A DNA stretch of 64,000 nucleotides from Candidatus Micrarchaeota archaeon (lineage in GTDB: Archaea; Micrarchaeota; Micrarchaeia; Anstonellales; Bilamarchaeaceae), in assembly GCA_018812625.1 (NCBI GenBank), contig JAHJDH010000033.1, positions 3,622-67,621 of the forward strand. Direction: 5' to 3'. A model generated the notes under the pieces. The model made no database searches and was not told where the DNA came from. It saw only the letters and a list, made by a program, of their open reading frames with translations. This document shows, piece after piece, positions 34,013 to 42,262 of the stretch; position 1 is the first letter of the stretch; each line of letters opens with the position of its first letter. The position numbers and the translations under genes are program-made.

Positions 34013-34930
34013 GTGAAAAATACGTCAGAGTTCTTACCATACACGGAACCAGTTTTGGAAGTCCAAAACACAATATCTGATTTTGGCGGTCTATGGGCCC
34101 ATCTGAAATCAGATACCAAGCCAACAAGGCGCGAAACAAAACTAATGTGGCCAGAAGCAAAATTAATTTTGGAGTTCCTGGGCCGACATCTCCCCAAACA
34201 AAGATTGATCCGTGCACTGACGGTACTGAGCGACCATCGCAAGCGCAGATTCCTGCGCAGCAGGATTCCAAAATACGGATCTTTGAACAAAGGATTCACG
34301 GAAGATGAGCTTGTAAAGTTCCTGAATTGCGTGGATGATCATAAGGCTCTGCTACTATTCACTTTTCAGGCGGTTTTGGGCCTTCGGATCAGTGAAGCAG
34401 TGCAAATTCACGTCAAAGACATCAATCTCAAAACCAGGGAACTGAAGATCCACAATGTCAAGTGCGATCGTCTTGACGTTCTGCCAATCCCCCCACAACT
34501 TTTTGAACAAACAATAAAATACATCAGCGACTGGGAGGATGAAATCGTCAGGCACGAAGGCTACCTTTTCTACAGCGAGTTCTATCCAAGAAACAACAAG
34601 ACTCCCCATATCCGTACAGACTATGCAAGAGTATACTTCACCAAAGCACTAAACAAAGCCAAGCTTGACGAAACCTACGCAATTTCAACCGGTTCACAGC
34701 CCAAGCTCATGCACCGCCTCACCACTCACAGCTTGCGTCACTATGCCATCACTAACTTCGCAAAGAAAAACAACGGAAATGTCATGCTGACAAGCAAATT
34801 CGCACGCCATAGGAAGATCAATACGACGATGGTTTATGTCTACACCCAAAAAGAAGAACTTTACAGAAGCATAGATCTACTTCAGGATGGAACATTGGAA
34901 AAAATCCGGAAACTACAAGAGATCGAATGA
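34013..34930 (+). CDS. tyrosine recombinase / integrase
   Basis: Box I LGLRISEAVQI, box II HSLRHYAITNF, and catalytic Tyr region TTMVYVYT. GTG start; the true start is uncertain. Confidence 0.88.
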   Translation: MKNTSEFLPYTEPVLEVQNTISDFGGLWAHLKSDTKPTRRETKLMWPEAKLILEFLGRHLPKQRLIRALTVLSDHRKRRFLRSRIPKYGSLNKGFTEDELVKFLNCVDDHKALLLFTFQAVLGLRISEAVQIHVKDINLKTRELKIHNVKCDRLDVLPIPPQLFEQTIKYISDWEDEIVRHEGYLFYSEFYPRNNKTPHIRTDYARVYFTKALNKAKLDETYAISTGSQPKLMHRLTTHSLRHYAITNFAKKNNGNVMLTSKFARHRKINTTMVYVYTQKEELYRSIDLLQDGTLEKIRKLQEIE

Positions 34931-35017
34931 CTATTCTTTTCTTTCTAATAATGTCTTTAGATCTTTTTGATATGGATTCTCATTTAATACTAGAAAAGGT
35001 GAGATTGATTCAAAAGA

Positions 35018-35299
35018 TTACAGTGTGTAAATGATGCGCTTTGTTTCTGAGTCATATTTTTTGTTGACTAGCTGATTCTTTACTAATTTTTCAACAGCTT
35101 TATACGATGATCCTGAATATTTAACTAAACCTTCGCTGTTAAGTATTGAGTAAATTTCCTCATTTGTACGTGGTTTTTCTTCCAATAAGAGTAAAATTTT
35201 TAGGTGCATTCTATTTGACAATACGCAAAATTTTTTATTAAGATCCTCAAGATTGTCATAATTCAATTCAATTTGTGATAATATCATATAATCATCCAC
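35018..35299 (-). CDS. winged-helix (ArsR-like) transcriptional regulator
   Basis: 93 aa with VLSNRMHLKILLLLEEKPRTNEEIYSIL..AVEKLVKNQLV..KRIIYTL, the ArsR/wHTH pattern. Confidence 0.65.
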   Translation of the reverse strand: MDDYMILSQIELNYDNLEDLNKKFCVLSNRMHLKILLLLEEKPRTNEEIYSILNSEGLVKYSGSSYKAVEKLVKNQLVNKKYDSETKRIIYTL

Positions 35300-35317
35300 C
35301 GAGTATAATTTCCATGG

Positions 35318-35335
35318 AAGGAAAATTATTTCCTT
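35318..35335. promoter_or_regulatory. palindrome AAGGAAA-ATTA-TTTCCTT in the divergent intergenic region (putative operator)
   Basis: 7-bp perfect arms, located 19-36 nt upstream of the wHTH gene start and 46-63 nt upstream of the McrB-like gene. Confidence 0.35.
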
Positions 35336-35380
35336 TTATGGAAGAGAACTTTAATATTTTTAAATGTATATGTCTACTCC

Positions 35381-37660
35381 ATGCCCAACAATGATCTTCG
35401 TAAGAAAAAAGAGGAATTTGAACAAGATAATTTAACAATTTATAACGAAACAAAAGAAAAAGCACGAAACGAATGGACGAATTTTGATAAGAAGTTTGGG
35501 AAAGACAGTTTAACAAACTTGACATTATTGAGCTATTCTCTAGGTGATCCTGATTCTGATTCTTTTTCTAACTGGGTCGAAAAAAAGACCTCTTCTGTTG
35601 CAACGATTTCTGGTGGAAGTGCCGCAATGTTCTATGTCTGGTCTGAAAAAAAGCTCTATCCAACCAAATTTAAACAGGGAATGCTCGGGCACCATAACAC
35701 AAGGATTATTGACCGTAGTGTTGCTGAAATTGAATTTCAAAAAATCAAGAATACGATATTGAAAATTATATTGTTGGCCGAAAAAAATGATTTTAAATCA
35801 ATTGACGAATTAGATCTTCTTTCACCAGTTGTTAAGTCAAAAATATTGTACCTTTACTTCCCCGATAAGATTACTAGCATCATGGCTTCCACATACGTGG
35901 CTGAAGCATGTAAAATGATGGGCGTACTTTTTGATGATGATCATCCAATGGATTCGAATCACAGACTTTTAGCGAATATGAAAAAAAATGGAGAGTTTAA
36001 TGATTGGGATTCGCATAAAATCGGTTCTTTCCTTTTGTACTTGCTTGCCTATCGAACCCAGCCGAGCATTTTCATTGCTCCAAGACGGAGAGAACATAAA
36101 GGAGCTATAACAGAATCGACTGATGCGTTAGAAGGATATTCCTGGGTAGATGTCGAACCTTATCTAAACGATGATGAAAAACAGAAGTTAGAAGGAAGAA
36201 GTAGGTATCATATTTGGGGTAATAAAGGCGGAAGAACGCAAAAACAATGGCGAAAAATGCAAAAAGGGGATCTTATCCTTTTTTACGGCGACAACATCTT
36301 TTATGCAGCTGGAAAATTATATCATAAGACGCATAATAAGGCACTTGCTGATCATCTGTGGGACACAGATGAAGATGGGAGATCCTGGGGGTATACTTTT
36401 TTTGTTGAAAATCTAAAAACTATTTCAATCCCACTTCATCTATTGAAGCAACTTGCTCCTGAAGTTTATAGTGAGGGATTTCGACCACAACAATTCGTGG
36501 AGATGAATGAAAAATGTCTTGAAAAAATCCACCAGGAATTTGGATCAGTTGAAGGTTTCTTGGATAAGTACTCTGAGCCTCATATATTAAGAGAACTGAA
36601 AGCTCCAATAACTATTCAAGCTCCACAGAAATCAATGGAACAAGAAAATCCATGGAATATTACTCCGGAAATGTTAAATGCCGAGCTTCAGCACTTATAT
36701 TTTGATGAGCCTGATAGTTTTTTTAAAAACTTGTGTAATCTATTAAATTCTGGAAGTAATATAATTCTTGTAGGGCCTCCGGGAACTGGTAAAACCGAAG
36801 TGGCCCTAGCCGTTTCTAAGCTGGCTAAAAAATATGTGCTAGGAAAAGACGGAATATGTCATGTCTTTTCAACTGCAACTTCTGATTGGACAACTTTTGA
36901 TACGATCGGCGGTTATATGCCGACAAAAAGTAATGAGTTAGAGTTCAAAGAAGGACAGTTTCTTAGGGCAATTCGCGATGACAAAATTCTAGTAATCGAT
37001 GAAATAAACAGGGCAGAAATAGACAAGGCATTTGGACAATTGTTTACTGTACTTTCCGGACAAAGCGTTGAGCTGCAGTTTTTAGATGCTAACAATCTGC
37101 CAATAAAATTAGAATCATCCAAAGAAATCCTAAATAGTTTCAAAAAAGATAATAAATACATCATTGGCTCAAATTGGCGCATCCTTGCTACAATGAACAC
37201 CTTGGATAAAGCTGCTCTTTATCAGATGTCATATGCATTCATGAGAAGGTTTGCATTCGTCCATGTTGATGTCCCGATTAATAAATCTGAATGTCTGAAA
37301 ACAATCAACCGGCAAGACAATTATGATATGGATGATGCACTAATACAAAAAATTGGTATTCTGTGGGATTCAATAAGCAAATCCGAACAGGGAAAAGAAA
37401 ACCCAAGACAAATAGGTCCGGCTGTTTTTTCAAGCATTATCAAACTCGTAAAGAATAGCAATGTAGATCCTGCCGACGAAGATAAGCTGGATAAAATATT
37501 AGCCAGTGCAATAATCGCATTTGTCCTGCCACAATTCGAAGGTGCCACTGTCGAAACTGAACTGAAGCCATTGGCAAAGTCCCTTAAAAAATATGAGAAA
37601 CACCTAGCGAGGTTTTTTGAGGAAATGTTTGGAGAAGATTTTGGAAATCTTACGAGGTAG
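35381..37660 (+). CDS. McrB-like AAA+ (AAA_5) restriction NTPase with N-terminal sensor region including a PUA-like (EVE/ASCH-type) module
   Basis: Walker A LVGPPGTGKTE, Walker B ILVIDEINRAE, and McrB-type WRILATMNTLDKA..MRRF. The middle segment reads YHIWGNKGG..WRKMQKGDLILFYGDNIFYAAGKL, the PUA-like pattern. Confidence 0.8.
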   Translation: MPNNDLRKKKEEFEQDNLTIYNETKEKARNEWTNFDKKFGKDSLTNLTLLSYSLGDPDSDSFSNWVEKKTSSVATISGGSAAMFYVWSEKKLYPTKFKQGMLGHHNTRIIDRSVAEIEFQKIKNTILKIILLAEKNDFKSIDELDLLSPVVKSKILYLYFPDKITSIMASTYVAEACKMMGVLFDDDHPMDSNHRLLANMKKNGEFNDWDSHKIGSFLLYLLAYRTQPSIFIAPRRREHKGAITESTDALEGYSWVDVEPYLNDDEKQKLEGRSRYHIWGNKGGRTQKQWRKMQKGDLILFYGDNIFYAAGKLYHKTHNKALADHLWDTDEDGRSWGYTFFVENLKTISIPLHLLKQLAPEVYSEGFRPQQFVEMNEKCLEKIHQEFGSVEGFLDKYSEPHILRELKAPITIQAPQKSMEQENPWNITPEMLNAELQHLYFDEPDSFFKNLCNLLNSGSNIILVGPPGTGKTEVALAVSKLAKKYVLGKDGICHVFSTATSDWTTFDTIGGYMPTKSNELEFKEGQFLRAIRDDKILVIDEINRAEIDKAFGQLFTVLSGQSVELQFLDANNLPIKLESSKEILNSFKKDNKYIIGSNWRILATMNTLDKAALYQMSYAFMRRFAFVHVDVPINKSECLKTINRQDNYDMDDALIQKIGILWDSISKSEQGKENPRQIGPAVFSSIIKLVKNSNVDPADEDKLDKILASAIIAFVLPQFEGATVETELKPLAKSLKKYEKHLARFFEEMFGEDFGNLTR

Positions 37661-37662
37661 TA

Positions 37663-39039
37663 TTGAATATGGTTGAACTCAGAGAAGAAAGACCACTTAA
37701 AGATTATGACTCCGAATTTCTCGACAAACTTAGAGCAGACATTGGAAATGGAATCCTTCAAATATATCTCCATGAATACTCCGAATTACTACCTGAGCAA
37801 CGGAGATTAAAGGACGCGATAGGATCCAATTTTCTGGAACGCATTTGTGGTGCAGATTTAGAAAAATTAAAAAAAATTCATTATTGTATCCGTCGCTCAT
37901 ATGTCGAAGAGTTCAATAGAGAATTAGAAGCATATTTCAGAAATATTGTACATAAAACATCTAACAGAGTATATCCAAGAAAAGGATTTGTTCGTGGTAA
38001 AATTGAATGGAAACGTACTTTTGAAGGTCGACTCTGCCAGGGCAAAGATATGTCACTATTTTTTTGTAAAGAAATTGAGAAAGATTATGACCTGCCAGAG
38101 AATCTTATTCTAAAATTTTTGCTGTTAAAAATCGACTCATATATCTCAAGTTCTAAATTAGTTAAAGAAGGTGATGAAAATATTGAAGAGTGGAAGGTAG
38201 CACTAGCGAAATTAAAACATTTGATTGATAGGATAAAGAAAAATGTATATTTCAAAGAAATCGGCAAGAACTTATCACTGGGTGAATTGGAGCAAGCGAT
38301 CGGTTCCAGAACAGAATATTTGGCAAAAAATTCACGAAGTAAGTTTATCAGAGAACAACTCATTTCCCGTGCCTACGCCGAATATAAAATGCTCATGGTT
38401 TATAACTATTCCAACACACTTGATGAAGTTATCAAAAAAACAATCCTAAGTCCGAAAAACAATTCCCGTCTTTATGAATTATTCGCATTGAATTGCTTAC
38501 TACTTAATTTTATACAGTATACGAAGAAGGGCGACCTAAAACCTTTCAGAGGAACTGGGGATCAAATAGTTAGTTTTGAATTGCCTAAGTCAAATACTCT
38601 GGTATATATCTACGACAATACGCTTCCAACAAATTTCGTGGGAAAAGTTTACCCTAACTTGAAAAAGAGATATTTCCCAGGTACTGATCTAAATTCAGTT
38701 GACGAACAATCTAGAAGACCAGATATAATCATAGAACTAGTATCTACAAAAAATGGCACCGTTAAACGGGAATATATAATATTAGAAGTAAAATTAACGC
38801 GAGATAAGGGGTATATCAAAGAGTCTTTGTATAAAGTAATGGGGTATCTGTATGACTTTTATTTCAATGAAAAAGATATGTTCGCAAAACAGGCGATTCT
38901 TTTAGTTCATGAATGGGAAGAGCAAAGAAATATTGTAGATTCATCATACCCAATAATTTTGTTGAACTATATGAACTATAATGAGAGCATTAAGGAAATA
39001 GTTTTACATTTAACCCATAAACGTCTTAACATATTGTAA
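37663..39039 (+). CDS. McrC-like PD-(D/E)xK nuclease partner
   Basis: It starts 3 nt after the McrB-like stop. C-terminal RRPDIIIELV..YIILEVKLT forms a PD..ExK motif. Confidence 0.65.
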   Translation: MNMVELREERPLKDYDSEFLDKLRADIGNGILQIYLHEYSELLPEQRRLKDAIGSNFLERICGADLEKLKKIHYCIRRSYVEEFNRELEAYFRNIVHKTSNRVYPRKGFVRGKIEWKRTFEGRLCQGKDMSLFFCKEIEKDYDLPENLILKFLLLKIDSYISSSKLVKEGDENIEEWKVALAKLKHLIDRIKKNVYFKEIGKNLSLGELEQAIGSRTEYLAKNSRSKFIREQLISRAYAEYKMLMVYNYSNTLDEVIKKTILSPKNNSRLYELFALNCLLLNFIQYTKKGDLKPFRGTGDQIVSFELPKSNTLVYIYDNTLPTNFVGKVYPNLKKRYFPGTDLNSVDEQSRRPDIIIELVSTKNGTVKREYIILEVKLTRDKGYIKESLYKVMGYLYDFYFNEKDMFAKQAILLVHEWEEQRNIVDSSYPIILLNYMNYNESIKEIVLHLTHKRLNIL

Positions 39040-39070
39040 TATATTTGACTAGCAACGAATGCATTGTTCA

Positions 39071-40681
39071 CTATTGATTTTCTTCTATCTTTTTTTGAAC
39101 TAATGGTAAAAAGCAACTTTCGTAAATTCTTTTTGAAGCAGTAGATCCATAAGAATCTATTTTTGTCGGAAGTAATGTTTCTTTTTTGCTATAAAGTGCT
39201 TCAATGAATTTACCAAATGAACGTTCAAGATCAGACTGATTATCCTTGTAGAATTGTCGCAATTTTAAAAATACTCCAAATCCAGCATTTGATTTATAAA
39301 AATCTTCGAAATCCTTTTCACAAATATATTTCAAAGTTGCTAGATCAGATGAAAGTCCTTTAGAAAATTCAATTATTTTATTGTCCTCCTCCCCATTGTC
39401 ATTTATTAATTTTCTAAACTGAGGATCTGATTTTAAAGCGGTCACAAGACCAATAATTGTTGGTGTTTCCCTTGTCCTTTTTATGCCTACTGTCTTGTGG
39501 GTGTAAATTTGATTTTTTAGCACTGAGTCATTATTCATGTTCAAGTACAGTATGATTTTCGAAGCAATTTTTTTAGCAAAAAGTCTGTTTTTTCTGCTTA
39601 TCGACATTCCTATAAGAAGAACACAAACGAGATTCGGATCAACAGTTTTCTGAGTCGAATTAATATCAATGAACATTTGCATCTCATCTTCGTCACTCAA
39701 ATTATCAAAAATTACAACTGGTAATCTATTCCCTTCTCTTTGTTCAACTTTTAATTTTGCAAAGCCACAGACCCTATGCTGTCCATCTATTATCTTGAAA
39801 GATAGGTATGATTCTGGGACTCTAATTTTGACTGGAACTACGGGGTCATTTTCCTGTATGTTTTCACTTTCCTTAAGTTTTAAGGTATATCGACTTAATG
39901 CCACGTCAGATTTCAATATTATTGCATTTGGGAAAAGATGGTGGTGGTTGGAATTCTCGACATATTTCCAAATGTCCTTGATTTTTGATTCTTCTAAGAA
40001 TCTTTGATATCCTCCGATTTCATCTTCGAATGCCGATCTACGATGAACATATGCATTTTTTAAAAGGAATTCTGGTGAGAGAGATGCAACATAAAAAACA
40101 TGTCCATATCTATTCCTTATCTTTAATGCAGGTTCTGTGGAATTTTTTTCTTTAATTTTTTTCATTTTCATTGCTTTAAGTAGATTAAACCTGGCAAATT
40201 CCCCTAGAATCTTCTTATAATACATTAATTCATCTAATGATCCTTTGTTGAGTATGTAATTGTCATCATTTTCTAATACTCCTTTGTCGTCAATTTCTTT
40301 GCTTTTTTTCCAATAAATATCATCATACTTTAGGTCGACAAAAAGACGTTTAACCCTTAAAGTTTTTGGTATCTGCGGGTATTTTTCCAATACAGCTTCA
40401 AGGTATTCCTTTTTTGACCATTTTAGAAAAAAATCTTCTGCTTTAGCAAAACATTTTTCTTCCTGGTCTGTTACCTCCACAAGGATAATATAATCATCAT
40501 CACAAATGAAGATAGCGTCTAACTGGCCTACTGTTCTTCCTTTGTGGACAATGCTGCAACCTTTTCCACCGTCTAAGAAACCAAAACCAATTTCAACTAA
40601 AAATTCTGATACTTTGTATTCTGACAAAACATCAAAATCACTTTCAGAAAATTCTTTTTCTAAATACTTAGATCTTACCAT
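39071..40681 (-). CDS. DGQHR-domain (DndB/DpdB-like, ParB-fold) protein with an extra N-terminal domain
   Basis: Literal motif FKIIDGQHRVCGFAKL. The N-terminal ~100 aa (..GQLDAIFICDDDYIILVEVTD..) are weakly reminiscent of a restriction-endonuclease fold. Confidence 0.75.
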   Translation of the reverse strand: MVRSKYLEKEFSESDFDVLSEYKVSEFLVEIGFGFLDGGKGCSIVHKGRTVGQLDAIFICDDDYIILVEVTDQEEKCFAKAEDFFLKWSKKEYLEAVLEKYPQIPKTLRVKRLFVDLKYDDIYWKKSKEIDDKGVLENDDNYILNKGSLDELMYYKKILGEFARFNLLKAMKMKKIKEKNSTEPALKIRNRYGHVFYVASLSPEFLLKNAYVHRRSAFEDEIGGYQRFLEESKIKDIWKYVENSNHHHLFPNAIILKSDVALSRYTLKLKESENIQENDPVVPVKIRVPESYLSFKIIDGQHRVCGFAKLKVEQREGNRLPVVIFDNLSDEDEMQMFIDINSTQKTVDPNLVCVLLIGMSISRKNRLFAKKIASKIILYLNMNNDSVLKNQIYTHKTVGIKRTRETPTIIGLVTALKSDPQFRKLINDNGEEDNKIIEFSKGLSSDLATLKYICEKDFEDFYKSNAGFGVFLKLRQFYKDNQSDLERSFGKFIEALYSKKETLLPTKIDSYGSTASKRIYESCFLPLVQKKIEENQ

Positions 40682-40851
40682 TCTCTTTCCTCAGATGTTT
40701 TACTGTTGCTGATCTGTTATATTAGGCTAATTTCATAATGATTGTAAGGCTATATATAACTTATTATAATCCACTTCTATGACTTGTCAAATATGTTATT
40801 AATCAATGATTTCATGTGAAGTATTATTATCTTTTAGGCTGATTTCCCTCT

Positions 40852-41907
40852 ATGCGTTCTCCTGTCTCCAAATTTGACCATGTACAAGTTGTCAAATATG
40901 CTGGCAACAAGGCAAAATTATTAGGTCACCTGATCCCAATCATCACAAAAATTCTTGCACCAAATCAAACTCTTCTTGATCTTTTTGCCGGAACCCATGC
41001 TGTTGGTTATGCCCTTAAGACTAGAAATCGGATAATCGGCAATGATGTTCAAGCATATGGTTGGGCTATAGGAAAAGGAATATTGGAAAGTAATTATTCG
41101 CTCTCAACCGAATCAGCAAAAGATGAAATCTTAAGTATGTTTGATGATTTTGATTATGAAAAATATCATCTGTTTTCTGAAATATATTCAAATACTTACT
41201 TCGGTAAAAAACAATGTCTTGAGGTAGATAAATTAAAATTTGCGATTGATAACTCCAATATTCCAACCAAGAAGAAGTTTTCCTATTTATGTTGTCTTAT
41301 GTACTCTATGGGTCAAAATGCCTCTACTACTGGTTATTTTGCACAATATCTACCTCGAGAAAAAACAAAACAACAAAAATCTAGAAGTATCATAGACCAC
41401 TTCTTAAAAAAATGCAATTCTTTTAACCTTGTAAAAGGATCGTCCAGAAACATTTCTTTGAAATATGATTACAAAAAATTATTTTCTGATAAAAGACTTA
41501 CTCACTACATTGAAGATAGTGCTGTTATCTATGCAGATCCCCCATACTCTCAGGCGCACTATTCTCGTTATTATCATATTCTTGAAACGTTGGTTGAATA
41601 TGACTATCCAAAAACATCTTACAAGGGACTTTATAGGCCTGGACGTTTTCTGAGTGATTTTTGCAGAAAATCAACTGTTGAGAAAGAATTTCAAAGAATG
41701 TTTTCATCTATTGCAACTCATGACAAAAAACTTGTTTTGTCCTATGTCAATTCTGGAAGTGGTTTGTTGCCTGAGAAAAAACTACTTGAAATTGCATCTA
41801 CTGAATTTAGTAATGTTTCTGAGCCCATAAGATTTAACTATCACCATTCTCGGTTGGGCAATGGAAAACCTCTCAAGGTAGAGGAATATGTGCTTGTTTG
41901 TCATTAA
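40852..41907 (+). CDS. Dam-like (D12 class) N6-adenine DNA methyltransferase
   Basis: VKYAGNKAKLL (Dam N-terminal motif), LLDLFAGTHAVG (FxGxG) and IYADPPYSQAHYSRYYH (DPPY). Confidence 0.85.
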   Translation: MRSPVSKFDHVQVVKYAGNKAKLLGHLIPIITKILAPNQTLLDLFAGTHAVGYALKTRNRIIGNDVQAYGWAIGKGILESNYSLSTESAKDEILSMFDDFDYEKYHLFSEIYSNTYFGKKQCLEVDKLKFAIDNSNIPTKKKFSYLCCLMYSMGQNASTTGYFAQYLPREKTKQQKSRSIIDHFLKKCNSFNLVKGSSRNISLKYDYKKLFSDKRLTHYIEDSAVIYADPPYSQAHYSRYYHILETLVEYDYPKTSYKGLYRPGRFLSDFCRKSTVEKEFQRMFSSIATHDKKLVLSYVNSGSGLLPEKKLLEIASTEFSNVSEPIRFNYHHSRLGNGKPLKVEEYVLVCH

Positions 41908-41986
41908 TCCATAGTACTACTTTTTGACAGTCTAATCTTACACACATATCCAAAAATAGATACTTTTATAAATCATTTGTTGCATA

Positions 41987-42018
41987 TTAATGTCATTAGC
42001 AAAATGTTAATGTGATTA
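41987..42018. promoter_or_regulatory. two operator-like near-palindromic 12-mers spaced 20 bp, between a TATA-like box and the 77-aa gene
   Basis: TTAATGTCATTA (41987-41998) and TTAATGTGATTA (42007-42018). The core TAATG-T-CATTA is palindromic. TTTTATAAAT lies at about 41964-41973. Confidence 0.4.
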
Positions 42019-42019
42019 A

Positions 42020-42253
42020 ATGGTAAAACCAAGAGTTGAAAATGAATCTAAAAGCGATAAATTCAAAAGGATAGCCACTATGAGAACTAGGAAAATTATT
42101 GATGCCATTAGGCTTCTTGGAAATTGTTCGAATACCTCGACCTATGGGTATACTGATGAAGATGTGAAAGCAATCTACAACGCCATTGAAAAAGAGATTA
42201 AACGGACCAAGGTACTTTTTCAAAAGAAAGTTGATGATGATTTTTCATTATAG
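42020..42253 (+). CDS. small hypothetical protein (77 aa), possible controller/regulator of the downstream operon
   Basis: First gene of a tightly spaced operon, basic and helical, preceded by the operator-like repeats. No HTH motif confidently recognised. Confidence 0.5.
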   Translation: MVKPRVENESKSDKFKRIATMRTRKIIDAIRLLGNCSNTSTYGYTDEDVKAIYNAIEKEIKRTKVLFQKKVDDDFSL

Positions 42254-42262
42254 GTGATTTGA

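Noticed and set aside
33750-34299. ORFs 33750-34016 (+), 33984-34271 (-) and 33997-34299 (-) around the tRNA-Ile and attL region.
   Set aside because: The first is simply the tRNA-Ile gene and its introns read as protein. The other two are antisense to the integrase 5' region and have no supporting features.
40722-40846. The 13-nt direct repeat TTAGGCT(A/G)ATTTC, considered as a stand-alone regulatory feature.
   Set aside because: There are only two copies, with one mismatch, in A/T-rich DNA. It is mentioned under the DGQHR/methylase finding but is too weak to call on its own.
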